Of a stretch of DNA of 64,000 nt, positions 53,374 through 63,119 are shown piece after piece (the first letter of the stretch is position 1; the number at the start of each line of letters is the position of its first letter). The position numbers and the translations under genes were made by a program. A model generated the notes under the pieces. The model was not told where the DNA came from, ran no database searches, and saw only the letters and a list, made by a program, of their open reading frames with translations. Source of the DNA: a virus (taxonomy: Duplodnaviria; Caudoviricetes); the IMG/VR virus record IMGVR_UViG_3300033074_000977, positions 9,729 through 73,728 of that record; one strand, given 5' to 3'.

Positions 53374-55818
53374 TTAACTTCCTGATTCTGAAATTACCTG
53401 TCGGGTGGTACCGTCAGGATTGACTTTGTTGATCAGCTGCGGTGGTTCCGCACCAGAACTCGGTCGGCCCGGGCCTCTGCCACTTCCTGCTGCCATACCC
53501 AGCGCTGCTCCGCCACCTTCACCTCCACCCTGTTCCCCAGCCAGCTGCTGCGCTGCCATCATCAGCTGTTGTTCAGGCGTAATCGCACCTTCCCCCTGCA
53601 ATTGCTGTGCAGCAATCCCTTGTGCTGCCTCACCTTGGACCATCGCCACCATTTGCGCGACGATCTGCTTCTGCATCGCTTGGATTTGCAGGTCAGTTGT
53701 GAACTGTGCAGTCATCCGCTGCTCCTCAACCCAACGTTCGATAATGGTATTACCTGGGAGTGTGCCGTAACCTTCAATGCCCATCACCTCAGCCAAAGTC
53801 TGGGAATCCATTTTGAAGTTCGGTTCGCGGAACAGCTGTAGCATTACCATCTTCCGCTTCCAGTCGGTTAGGTTGAAGATAGATTGCGGGGTAATGAAGA
53901 ATCCTATCCGGCGCGCGATGTAACGTAAACGCCGGAAGAAGCTGCTGTTGTCGAGATCCGACGCACCCGGTATCTCGGCTGGTACGATATTCCCTGGTTG
54001 CCAGTCAACTTCACTGTCGAGCATCCCGGTTGGGCCGTTAACACGTAAGCGGCGCGCGGTAGTATCGAACTGCATCCAAAGCCAGCTGCATTGGTAGCCA
54101 AGCTGGGTCATGGATTTCTCCAAGGAGGCGGCGTAATCACTCATCAACGGACCCATCGCCTGCATGAGTTTCTCGATACCGTCTGCGTCGGGGATCTGGT
54201 TGAGCTTGGCAAGGCTGGAGAAATCCTCCGCACCGATGTTGTGATTCATGAAGGTACGGATGTATTCAGCTACTTCGATGGTTTTGTCACCCATATCGTA
54301 ATTTTGATAAGGCACCATCGGGCTAAGTACGTCATCGCCGTATTTCGGATCGTACTCTACAACCTCTCCCGGGTTGCGGAAATCCTTCGTAGCCAGCACC
54401 CCCGGTGAGAAAGCGCCGCGCTTGACTTTCATCGGCGGCTTCAACCGCAAGTTAACCGCGTCAATCCAGCCACGCAGTATAGAGGTCAACCCAGCCTGTG
54501 CCTCACGGTTCTCCTCGACGATACTGCTAGGCATGTAGCTCCACACCCAGGGATCTAACTCTACCTTAATCAACGGTACTTGTCCGTGATGCCAGAAGCT
54601 GGGTCCATCGTACAGGATCGAATTCTGTGTCCAAATGATCATCCGCCGCGACGGGTACATCATACAGTCGTTGTAGCTGTACATCCGGGGTGGTTCTTTG
54701 GAGTCGGGATTGATTTTGACTTCCACGCCCATCGGTGGGACTACGTAATCACGTACTGTCGTAGGGAGATGTTCTTCGTCGGTGTCGGTGAATTGTTTGG
54801 CGTAGAGGAGCTGGCCGGATTCGTTACAGGTGCCGTCCATTACATAGGTGATGTAAAGGTCGGTATACTGGAACGAATTCACATTCATCTTCCCAGCTAA
54901 CTGCTTCGCACCACTCCCAGCTTGTTTATCACTGTCAATCCAGTTCCCACCGAGTAACCCACCAATCGCTGACTGAGCTTGGCCGATCCAGCCTCGCACA
55001 CCGGTTGGCTGGGTGCCTACGCCACGGACTGAGTTGTCGGTTAGCGCAGGCGTGTTAGGTAGGATGCGGTTGGCCTGTTGGTACCAAAGCTGCCGCAGCC
55101 GTAAGGTAGGCATCCGCTCATAGCAGTGGACCGCGTAGGCTTTTTGTAGATCCCAGTCGTCGGTGATTTGATCTGGGAGTACATCCCCCGGACCGTAAAC
55201 CTTCAGATCTATATCGGCTTCGTTGCTACCAAATATCTCATCACGCCAAATCGGGTTGATGTACCCCATCGCGGTGGCCGCGTGTTGCAAGGCTTCTTTG
55301 ATCCGCGCAGCTGGAAAGGTATTCCCCTTCCACCATGTCTTCCAGCGACCGTTAAGTTGATCTACGAGGTCATTGAAAAAAGGATCATCCTCGGAGTTGT
55401 TGGTGTATTTAACCTCCGGGTTCATGTTGTGCATCGTAGCGACTACTTCCTTGACGATGCGTTTGATTTGGTTGAGTCGGATCCGTGCGCGGCGAGTGGT
55501 GGGTTTACCGGTGGATTGATCCAGCCCACCCGACCCTTCGGCCTCGAAGCCTTGTAAAATCCGCGCAGCCATCTCGATAAATGGGAACGCTGGTTGAGAG
55601 GCTAAGAATGCCCTACCCCGCGCGGCTGATTGTAGAAGCCAGCCCACGCGTTCTGATTCCGGTGCGGTGACTGGCGGGATCGTAGCCAGGGGGTTGGGAG
55701 GGTTAGTGGAATTAGTTGGTAAACCGGTTACACGGGTAGTAGCGGATGGTAGATCCTGGTACCCGGATAACGGTAAGTTATACGGCGAATTGGCACTGGG
55801 GGAATTCGGGGGAATCAT
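53374..55818 (-). CDS. portal protein (814 aa)
   Basis: NQIKRIVKEVVA, PLIKVEL, SIVE...Q..L..I, PG.VVE motifs; between terminase and scaffold. Confidence 0.8.
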   Translation of the reverse strand: MIPPNSPSANSPYNLPLSGYQDLPSATTRVTGLPTNSTNPPNPLATIPPVTAPESERVGWLLQSAARGRAFLASQPAFPFIEMAARILQGFEAEGSGGLDQSTGKPTTRRARIRLNQIKRIVKEVVATMHNMNPEVKYTNNSEDDPFFNDLVDQLNGRWKTWWKGNTFPAARIKEALQHAATAMGYINPIWRDEIFGSNEADIDLKVYGPGDVLPDQITDDWDLQKAYAVHCYERMPTLRLRQLWYQQANRILPNTPALTDNSVRGVGTQPTGVRGWIGQAQSAIGGLLGGNWIDSDKQAGSGAKQLAGKMNVNSFQYTDLYITYVMDGTCNESGQLLYAKQFTDTDEEHLPTTVRDYVVPPMGVEVKINPDSKEPPRMYSYNDCMMYPSRRMIIWTQNSILYDGPSFWHHGQVPLIKVELDPWVWSYMPSSIVEENREAQAGLTSILRGWIDAVNLRLKPPMKVKRGAFSPGVLATKDFRNPGEVVEYDPKYGDDVLSPMVPYQNYDMGDKTIEVAEYIRTFMNHNIGAEDFSSLAKLNQIPDADGIEKLMQAMGPLMSDYAASLEKSMTQLGYQCSWLWMQFDTTARRLRVNGPTGMLDSEVDWQPGNIVPAEIPGASDLDNSSFFRRLRYIARRIGFFITPQSIFNLTDWKRKMVMLQLFREPNFKMDSQTLAEVMGIEGYGTLPGNTIIERWVEEQRMTAQFTTDLQIQAMQKQIVAQMVAMVQGEAAQGIAAQQLQGEGAITPEQQLMMAAQQLAGEQGGGEGGGAALGMAAGSGRGPGRPSSGAEPPQLINKVNPDGTTRQVISESGS

Positions 55819-55840
55819 TGTTTTGGGGGATTAGCTCCTT

Positions 55841-56494
55841 TTAGCGATTGCGTTGTTCGTCGTAGTGCAGTGCGCCCAAATGGACACCGGTGTCAATCCC
55901 GCCCCAGCGGCGGCGGTTGGCGTATAATTCAGCGATTTGTTTCTCAGCCAGATCTTTAGCTAACCTAGCACGCGCGCCGTCGTCCTGGATCTTGGGACGG
56001 TAGGGTGTGGAGTCACCATATTCCTCGCGTTCGTTCTGCTCGCGCTGCGCACGTTCAGCCCGGGCAGCTGCTGTTAAAGCTGCTTCACTGGACTCGCTCC
56101 GCCACGCTGCACGTTCCATTGATTCGCGCATCTCCTCCATCGCCTGCATCTGCTCGCGCGCGATGGTGGATTTTTCGTAATCCTGTGCTTGGAGTTTCTT
56201 TTCCAGGAGCTGTGTTTCGTGGTAGGTGGTGGTGACGCGGCGAATCCAACCGTGGGGTGTTCGCGCACGGGTGGAAGCGGCGACCATACGTTCACCGGTG
56301 GTAGGGTTCTCGAAGTACACCGTGCCGATGGATTGTTCGGCAGCGGAGTAGTTCATCCCACCCCAGGCGAAGGAGAGTTCGGCGGTGCAGGTGGGATTGC
56401 CGCACTTACAGGGGATGATGTCTGGTATTCCGTCCCAGAATACGTCTTCCCATTTAGTTCCGCATTGACCGATTAGATCGTGCCTTGCTGCCAT
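55841..56494 (-). CDS. zinc-ribbon (FmdB-like) protein with coiled-coil C-terminus
   Basis: D..C......CKC..C N-terminus. Confidence 0.5.
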   Translation of the reverse strand: MAARHDLIGQCGTKWEDVFWDGIPDIIPCKCGNPTCTAELSFAWGGMNYSAAEQSIGTVYFENPTTGERMVAASTRARTPHGWIRRVTTTYHETQLLEKKLQAQDYEKSTIAREQMQAMEEMRESMERAAWRSESSEAALTAAARAERAQREQNEREEYGDSTPYRPKIQDDGARARLAKDLAEKQIAELYANRRRWGGIDTGVHLGALHYDEQRNR

Positions 56495-56745
56495 TACTCA
56501 GTACCTCTGCGAGATCTCAGATATGATTCTAACTGCTCGCGGTATTCTTCGGGTGTTGGGTGTTCGGCTTCTGTATATTCGTAGCTATATCCACTGCTAC
56601 AACCACCTGATACCCCAGAAGACATTTGGCCGGTGCTGATGAGATATTCAATGTTTCTCAATGCTACAAGGATCTCATCTCGATTATCGGCACCCAGCTT
56701 AAGCTCCAACCGACAAGCTCTTACGGGTGGATTTATTTCAGACAC
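56494..56745 (-). CDS. hypothetical protein (83 aa)
   Basis: AGGAG RBS; TAATG coupling with the next gene. Confidence 0.65.
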   Translation of the reverse strand: MSEINPPVRACRLELKLGADNRDEILVALRNIEYLISTGQMSSGVSGGCSSGYSYEYTEAEHPTPEEYREQLESYLRSRRGTE

Positions 56746-56773
56746 TTTAACTCTCCTGTTAAATAGCTTAATG

Positions 56774-57343
56774 CTAGTTAGTTTGGTTAGTCAACTGAAT
56801 TAGGAACTCATAAGCCTGCTTATTCCAGCGCGCGTCGGCTAAGGCGTGATGTTCGCCCTTGCCTTGTTCGGGTAACTTGGGATTGCCAAGCGAATCGCAA
56901 AGCTGCTTGATGTCACGCGTGTACATTGGGAACCCTTTAGGGAGATCCATCATTGTTCCGAATAATTGACATAGGGCGACATGATCGTATGCAGAGTAGT
57001 AACCCCACAGTTCAGGCTTACCATACTTCTCCGGATCACAAAAACGCTTAAGTTTCTCTCCTAGTGCACTATGGTATTGCCAGGGACACTCTATCTTTCC
57101 GCAATCCCCGTCACCTCGAAAATCACCAGGAGCACGCGCAGCCGTACAATTAGGCTCTCCAGCTAGATAGAAATGATCCAAGTGTGGATATACGTTACGG
57201 TATATCCAATCAGATGCCTTCTTAAATTGCACATCACGATTCTGCAAATATAGCTCTCGGCCATCTTCGGCCACCATCCCGATTGAGATCAATTGAATTC
57301 GTTCACCATCTTCGATAAATTCGGTGTCGTACCAGTATTTCAT
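56774..57343 (-). CDS. DEDDh 3'-5' exoribonuclease (RNase AS/Rv2179c-like)
   Basis: YDTEFIEDG..LISIG.VAEDGRELY, WGYYSAYDHV.L.QLFG.M..LP, HHALADARW. Confidence 0.85.
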   Translation of the reverse strand: MKYWYDTEFIEDGERIQLISIGMVAEDGRELYLQNRDVQFKKASDWIYRNVYPHLDHFYLAGEPNCTAARAPGDFRGDGDCGKIECPWQYHSALGEKLKRFCDPEKYGKPELWGYYSAYDHVALCQLFGTMMDLPKGFPMYTRDIKQLCDSLGNPKLPEQGKGEHHALADARWNKQAYEFLIQLTNQTN

Positions 57344-57362
57344 AAATAAACTTCCTAACAAC

Positions 57363-59588
57363 CTAATACATCGGATTCGCTAATTCATCCCAGCCTGCTG
57401 TGTCATATTCACTGGTAGGGATAATCACCAACATACCCCCCGGATCAGGCATCTGAACATCAAAGCTACTCTGCACCGGACCCGCCAGTTCCACCTGTTT
57501 CTTGGTATGTTCAGCCGCTGCAATCCAATGTGGATCACGTTCATCGCGGTATACATCCAACTCGTGTCCAGTTACTAACCCTATCGCCAACGCCATAATC
57601 CTATCATCGTGCGCATCGCGGCCTGCTTGTACCTTAATCTGACCCATACTACCATCGCGCGCACGGGTAACGTGCATTACAAAATCCCGCAGCTCATCCA
57701 ACACCCACGGGGAGTTGATGATTACTTGGTGACGTTTTACGAAATTCTGGATCCAGCTAATCAGAATAGCCCGCGTGGATTGGTTAGTATCCCAACCGAG
57801 GTTGGGCTGCTCGAAGGGAGTTACTTTACGTTGGTCGGACTTTTGGCGGATGTAGATGTTCGGCCAGCCGCGTTTGAAGATTTCGTTCTGAGCCGTGCGA
57901 CCATCAGCTGCCATTTCAATCGACGCCAGCGCGTACTCCCGTGAGCCGTCGAATTTGTGAGGTGAATACCATTGCAGCAGCATCAGCATCACCGACCAGC
58001 ACTCAAATGCATTGGCTAGGTCGGTAGCATACTCAGCCACCTGTGCGGCAGGTTGGTAGGGGTTGCCTAGCCGCACTACCTGGATCACCGTGCGGTCCTG
58101 CCCTAGCCCACCGCCGCAGTCCATTGACACCACGTACTTTTGATTTTTGGTAGGTAGCTCCCACACCCAAAGCTTATGCAACGGGTCAAGTTCGTCTTCG
58201 TAGTTAGTAAACGGTAGCCCGTAGAGCTTCCAGGTCATGCGTTGACCAGCACCGGCGTTCGCGTGGTAGGTTACTTGATGGATCGGTTGCTCACCTGGGT
58301 CCAGTATCGGCTTGCTTACTTCGGGCACATCTGGCCCGTCGAACATCAACGGTGGGAGTACAGGCTGGGGCAGACGGCGTTGGTACTCCATCATTAGTTG
58401 GATAGGGAATATACTACGCTGCCAACTTTGGAAAGCCTCCTTACTGTTAGCGGGTACTTCGGCAAGAAAACCTGCTAACTTACGAGGATCTAGCGAAGCT
58501 TTAGAGTATTCACGATAATACCACCATTTCTGCCCTATATCCATTCTCCACCCAGCTGGCATCACCTGACTCAATACAGGGCTGGTACGCGCATATTCCT
58601 CACAGGAAGCAGCGTGTTCCTCGACGAACTCAGGCACCTGCCAGTTATCAGGCACCGGCATAGATTTCTCTTCGCCTGGGGGTGGGTAGATGTCTCGACC
58701 GATGAAGTATGGTAGGAAGACCGGACGTACCATCGTCAACCCCTGGGGGTAGTCACGTTCGGTTTCTTCCCAGTAACGGTGGAAGTCTGCTCCACGCGGG
58801 GAGGCGGTAGTTTCTTCGACGCCGAAGGTTCTAGCTGTACTATGGATAGCCCTATTGAAGCCTGTTTCGACTAAACTCGCATAATCCGAAAATTCGAGCA
58901 ACTCTGAAAAATGATAAGTGTTTGCTGTGTCACCGCGTGCCATTCCAAGCTTTTGCCGACCATGCTGAACTACTAACATAGATCCAGCTGAGCGTACTGT
59001 CATGAACTCATCACCTGAGTGTAGGAAAGTTACGTCGGGTCTAACCAACCACCACGGTAACATCTGGAACCGCTTCTCGACCATTTTTTCAACCAGCTTG
59101 CGGGTTTTCTCCTCGTCACCGGAGGCTACGATAGCAGTGGTGGAGGGCATGAACAGCATACGGTGGAGGATGATGAGCTGGAAGAGGGTAGATACACCTA
59201 GCTGTCGTGCCTTGAGGAACAGCATCCGAATCGGGACGCCCTGGAGTTGCATCTGCGAGATGATTAGTAAAGCTGCACGCTGGGCAAGGTTCAGCTTCAT
59301 CAGCACCATTTCACCGGTTAATACGTGCTCAATAAAAGCGTACCGTTCGCACCAGTAGATAAAGCTGTAGCTGCACATCTGGCGTTCGTTAACTATAAAA
59401 GCCAGTTCGTCAGGGGTGAGCTTGCGTGTGAAGTTAACTGGGGTGCCTTTTTTGTCGTATTCGTAGAGAGACTCGAAATGACGCACGTAGTACCGCACTT
59501 GGTCGATGGGGTATTCGACCAGTGGGGCAGTAGGGGTAGTACGGTTGTACTCCTGGATGGCTGTGTCAATTAGCTGTGGATGATACAA
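57363..59588 (-). CDS. terL: terminase large subunit
   Basis: LKARQLGVST Walker A, HFSE Walker B, VEETTA; RNase H-like SMDCGGG...HDDRIMALAI. Confidence 0.9.
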   Translation of the reverse strand: MYHPQLIDTAIQEYNRTTPTAPLVEYPIDQVRYYVRHFESLYEYDKKGTPVNFTRKLTPDELAFIVNERQMCSYSFIYWCERYAFIEHVLTGEMVLMKLNLAQRAALLIISQMQLQGVPIRMLFLKARQLGVSTLFQLIILHRMLFMPSTTAIVASGDEEKTRKLVEKMVEKRFQMLPWWLVRPDVTFLHSGDEFMTVRSAGSMLVVQHGRQKLGMARGDTANTYHFSELLEFSDYASLVETGFNRAIHSTARTFGVEETTASPRGADFHRYWEETERDYPQGLTMVRPVFLPYFIGRDIYPPPGEEKSMPVPDNWQVPEFVEEHAASCEEYARTSPVLSQVMPAGWRMDIGQKWWYYREYSKASLDPRKLAGFLAEVPANSKEAFQSWQRSIFPIQLMMEYQRRLPQPVLPPLMFDGPDVPEVSKPILDPGEQPIHQVTYHANAGAGQRMTWKLYGLPFTNYEDELDPLHKLWVWELPTKNQKYVVSMDCGGGLGQDRTVIQVVRLGNPYQPAAQVAEYATDLANAFECWSVMLMLLQWYSPHKFDGSREYALASIEMAADGRTAQNEIFKRGWPNIYIRQKSDQRKVTPFEQPNLGWDTNQSTRAILISWIQNFVKRHQVIINSPWVLDELRDFVMHVTRARDGSMGQIKVQAGRDAHDDRIMALAIGLVTGHELDVYRDERDPHWIAAAEHTKKQVELAGPVQSSFDVQMPDPGGMLVIIPTSEYDTAGWDELANPMY

Positions 59589-60288
59589 GCATAGCCTCCT
59601 GCTCTACGAATTCAGCCTCCACCACATTCTCCACACTCGCTGCTGTCAGCTGCTTAACCCCATCCACCCCATCATTTCTAGCCAATCCCGGCCACGCAGG
59701 TAAGCCGGCTGACTGACCTGGATAGTTGTTGTTTACCGTTACGCTGCGCTGGTCGATATTTACCAACGCGTTGGCAGGTTCCACTACCTTCGCAGCCTCC
59801 AACAACAGCTTCCTATCCGCCGCGCCTTCCTTGCCAGAGATCTTCGCTGACGCAATGGTCGCTCGCACGATCTCAGGCGCTGCTACTACTACTGCTAACT
59901 TAGCTTGTTCCATTCCGAAGTAATGCAACGCTGCGTAGCACTGACCTAGGAACTCGCTCGGGTCGATCCCGGCGTACTGGCAGATCTCATCCTGGGTAGG
60001 TTCACGCCATTCACCGTGTTCGTCGCGGAGGGTAGGGAATAGAGCTTTGTTGATAGGGTTATTGAGTAGTGATTCATGTTCCAGGAACTTTGCCACTAAC
60101 TTCGACCGATGGGCGTAGCTGCGCAGGGCTTCGGTGAGTACCGGTAATCCACGCAGGAAAGTCGGCTCCGACATTGGATCCAGAGGGTCGCCCGGGATCT
60201 CGACGTAGCAGGAGGCGGTTAGCCGGAGTAAGTTATCCTCGACTTGCTTGGAGGTGGTTGGTTGGAACTTTTTGGGTTGTTTGAGCAT
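59566..60288 (-). CDS. putative terminase small subunit (240 aa; the ORF track extends it to 60810)
   Basis: Directly upstream of terL; helical; ATG at 60288 is 8 nt after the stop of 60297-60782, so the longer extension is probably a shadow frame. Confidence 0.5.
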   Translation of the reverse strand: MLKQPKKFQPTTSKQVEDNLLRLTASCYVEIPGDPLDPMSEPTFLRGLPVLTEALRSYAHRSKLVAKFLEHESLLNNPINKALFPTLRDEHGEWREPTQDEICQYAGIDPSEFLGQCYAALHYFGMEQAKLAVVVAAPEIVRATIASAKISGKEGAADRKLLLEAAKVVEPANALVNIDQRSVTVNNNYPGQSAGLPAWPGLARNDGVDGVKQLTAASVENVVEAEFVEQEAMLVSSTAN

Positions 60289-60296
60289 AACTGTGA

Positions 60297-60782
60297 CTAA
60301 CCGCGATGATTCATTGTCCGACGAACTCCAATTGGCTCCAGCGTCTGTAAGAGACAAATCGGTGAACAACCCAGGTAATCCGTTCCGCAACTGCGCTGAT
60401 GCTCTAACTTCAAAGCAGTAGGGGTAACTTCCTCGGGTGAGCTGGAGCTTGGTGCCTGTAAGATCACTGGTATAACTACAAACGCGCCTAGTTCTCTGGT
60501 TGACAGGTAGTACCGCATGGATTCGGTTCCACCCTCCCGTTTCGCTTCCCAAATATCCGCTTCTCCGCCTAATCCGACCACGTTCGCAGGCAGCTCGATC
60601 TGGTATTCTTTCTTTACATATTTGCTGCCCGTATATTGCTCGCCGCAGATACGGATCTGTAGGTAGAGCTTTTCTGCGGTGTCGGTGGGTGGGGGCGAGG
60701 AAGGGGGATTGGTCGAGTTCCAGTTCCCGCGTACCACTCGCTCGGTTATCTTCGATAGTTCCGTTGCCATTTCGGGTGTCAT
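60297..60782 (-). CDS. hypothetical protein (~161 aa)
   Basis: Fits between 60786 and the ATG at 60288; AAGGA RBS. Confidence 0.55.
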   Translation of the reverse strand: MTPEMATELSKITERVVRGNWNSTNPPSSPPPTDTAEKLYLQIRICGEQYTGSKYVKKEYQIELPANVVGLGGEADIWEAKREGGTESMRYYLSTRELGAFVVIPVILQAPSSSSPEEVTPTALKLEHQRSCGTDYLGCSPICLLQTLEPIGVRRTMNHRG

Positions 60783-60785
60783 CGT

Positions 60786-61208
60786 TCATTTTCCTTTCAT
60801 TTGTAACCACCTAGCCTTGTCTAACCACGCCTGCCTCTCCTCTGGCAGCGCAATCAACCACCATTCATTCATCCCAGCTTGTGCTTCCAACAACTCAGCC
60901 AGCTGCCGTTCTGCAATTAAATCTTCATACATTTGTTCAGTGTTGAAGTTTAACGGATCAGCTGCTGCCAATTCCTCATACTCAGCTATGATCTGATGGT
61001 CGTCCTCCCGGTAGAAGGGTCGGGTTGGGCGGGTTAGGACAGCTTCCTGGAGAGCTAGCTGGCGTAGCTGGAGTTCCTGGGAGTGGATCTCGCCCAGGGT
61101 GGGTAAGCCAAGCTGTACGGTCGCTGGACGGATCTGCAATATCCATTCCAACAATGTGCTGTATATCCCCATCAATCCAGACCACGCTGCCAAAATACCC
61201 TGTCGCAT
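60786..61208 (-). CDS. hypothetical protein (140 aa)
   Basis: GGGAGG RBS. Confidence 0.7.
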   Translation of the reverse strand: MRQGILAAWSGLMGIYSTLLEWILQIRPATVQLGLPTLGEIHSQELQLRQLALQEAVLTRPTRPFYREDDHQIIAEYEELAAADPLNFNTEQMYEDLIAERQLAELLEAQAGMNEWWLIALPEERQAWLDKARWLQMKGK

Positions 61209-61215
61209 TCATCCC

Positions 61216-61836
61216 CTACCTCCCATACCCACTAATCATCAAATCCAACCCTGACAACTGCGCCGCGTCATCCTTCACCAGTTCAGGTCCAACTAACCTT
61301 AAATGCTCCAGCACAGCCTTCGTAGGTGGGTATCTGAACTCCACCACAGTCCCACTCCCAACCGACCGACCTTCATGCCATAGCCCAATCCCGGCTTCCG
61401 CGCGTAGGTAATCCACATTCGCCTGACCAAGATCCAGCTCCAGCTGTTTCGCAGCTTCTAATCTGATCACATCGCCTTGATCGGTTGGGTTCGCCACTTC
61501 CACCAGCACCTGCATACGCAGTTTATGCTTAGTAAAGGCTGCGATCTCGCTTAATCGGCCATTCACCGCGAACTGTGCAGCAAGCGCGGCTGCGAGTTGG
61601 TAGATCACTACCGCACCCAGCTCCTGGCCGTTCAGTGGCCGAGGGGTTTTACTTACCGATACGCCTGTCACAGCACCCGCACCGGGGATTTGGATCGGTT
61701 GTTGAGCGTTTGGGGCGACCGATAAAGCCGGTTGCTGGGTGGATTGGGGTTGGAGTTGCTTGGAATTGGCAGCTGCTCCAGCCTGTTGCTGCTGTTGCTG
61801 CGGGATTCCCGCACCTCGTTGGGGTTGATTAGCCAT
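61216..61836 (-). CDS. hypothetical protein with Q/P-rich N-terminus
   Basis: GAGG RBS; overlaps the previous stop. Confidence 0.7.
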   Translation of the reverse strand: MANQPQRGAGIPQQQQQQAGAAANSKQLQPQSTQQPALSVAPNAQQPIQIPGAGAVTGVSVSKTPRPLNGQELGAVVIYQLAAALAAQFAVNGRLSEIAAFTKHKLRMQVLVEVANPTDQGDVIRLEAAKQLELDLGQANVDYLRAEAGIGLWHEGRSVGSGTVVEFRYPPTKAVLEHLRLVGPELVKDDAAQLSGLDLMISGYGR

Positions 61837-62245
61837 TAGAATTCAATACCTCTTGTTTAAGTTCGCGGCGTTTATCCGCCGATAGTAAGTAAAGTTTGTG
61901 AAGCGCCCGTATCGTAGCCCGCGATGGACATAATCTGCCAGCTTTGAGCCTGGATATGCTTAGTTTACCGGTAGTTGCTTGACAAATAGGCTCTTGTGTA
62001 ATCATCAAACGCACTAATATATCGTTAATTACCTTGAAGCGGACTGCTTGGAGCCAGTATAGCCAGTAACTAAATGCTATGCGACATAGCTTTTCATCAT
62101 CGGTCAGGCTGTTGTAGGCATTTTTCAAAAATTCCCACGTCTCTTCGGGGGTTAATTCCTCCCACAACTTATGATCAGCCTTGCGCAAGTCCACTGCGGT
62201 CGGAAATCGCTTGTGCACAGCCACGAATTCACTGATTTTAGTCAA
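61829..62245 (-). CDS. putative HTH DNA-binding protein; start approximate
   Basis: C-terminal ISRLKAGRLCPSRATIRAL resembles an XRE-type HTH; TTG at 62245 overlaps the upstream stop. Confidence 0.5.
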   Translation of the reverse strand: MTKISEFVAVHKRFPTAVDLRKADHKLWEELTPEETWEFLKNAYNSLTDDEKLCRIAFSYWLYWLQAVRFKVINDILVRLMITQEPICQATTGKLSISRLKAGRLCPSRATIRALHKLYLLSADKRRELKQEVLNSNG

Positions 62246-63080
62246 CAAAGTGCTCAAAATTGAACCTCGGAGTGGTGATGGTCGGGTTTGGGATCGGATT
62301 CCCAGCTTCGTCGAATAATTCCTTGCGTAAACTAGCTGGCACACGCACATCTTCGGGGTCTGTAGGGAGCCATTTACCATCCACGATAGCGTTAATGATC
62401 AATCTGGCTGGTACACCCCCTAAATTAAGTATGAAAGTCTTATTAAACCACCAACCCCAGTTGGCGTCGAAGTAATTACCTAGTTCGTCGATGAATTTAG
62501 CGGTTAAAATCTCGCGCGGGTGGATGCCTTGCATGACTTCACGCTTGAGTTGAGTGAGTTCTTGTGGATCCAGGTAACGGTATTCGCCGACTGGGTACAG
62601 ACCTAGGTTGCCTTCGTCCATTATGAATAAAGCTATGTCTTCGATAGTGGGTAAGGGTGGTTGTTTGGTGCTACGGGTGGCCGCAGGCGCAGTTGATAGC
62701 AGTCCATCTACCAGTTTAGGTCCAGGTGCTGGTTGATATTTAGACTTGGTTTGAGCATTTCGACTGCCGAGCGGTCTACCGTAACGCACGGGATTGGGTG
62801 GTAAGGCTACTTCTACACCGTTATCAGCTAGGTATCGGACTATGAAACTGTTGATCACACTGGAGATGGACTGGCCATTGGTGTTTAGAGCTTCATAGAA
62901 CGCGTCTCGGAGTTCTTGATTAGCATATTTGAATGATGATGTGAGTGCGTTGGACATAAGTTTACTGGTATTACCTCTGGAATTAGCTTCACCGATGAGG
63001 GATTTGACGGTGTTGGCGCGCTCGCGGCGGGAAGCTAGGTTGACGGTACGAGTAGTTGGTGATGAAGTTGCAGTGGTCAT
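62238..63080 (-). CDS. putative regulator with ribbon-helix-helix-like segment (280 aa)
   Basis: FKYANQELRDAFYEAL...QSISSVINSFIVRYL; ATG at 63080 lies just downstream of a consensus promoter. Confidence 0.6.
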   Translation of the reverse strand: MTTATSSPTTRTVNLASRRERANTVKSLIGEANSRGNTSKLMSNALTSSFKYANQELRDAFYEALNTNGQSISSVINSFIVRYLADNGVEVALPPNPVRYGRPLGSRNAQTKSKYQPAPGPKLVDGLLSTAPAATRSTKQPPLPTIEDIALFIMDEGNLGLYPVGEYRYLDPQELTQLKREVMQGIHPREILTAKFIDELGNYFDANWGWWFNKTFILNLGGVPARLIINAIVDGKWLPTDPEDVRVPASLRKELFDEAGNPIPNPTITTPRFNFEHFVD

Positions 63081-63090
63081 GATGTTTGGT

Positions 63091-63119
63091 AGTATAGTGC
63101 ATGGGAGCATAGTTGTCAA
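63091..63119 (-). promoter_or_regulatory. sigma70 consensus promoter TTGACA-N17-TATACT
   Basis: Read directly on the - strand; heads the leftward arm. Confidence 0.85.

Noticed and set aside
60289-60810. N-terminal extension of the 414-aa ORF upstream of terL
   Set aside because: Fully overlaps the better-supported 60297-60782 ORF and reads like a shadow frame
21583-60996. Numerous short opposite-strand or alternative-frame ORFs in the track (e.g. 23215-23616, 42864-43568, 54580-54900)
   Set aside because: Antisense shadows of long genes, with no RBS and no motifs
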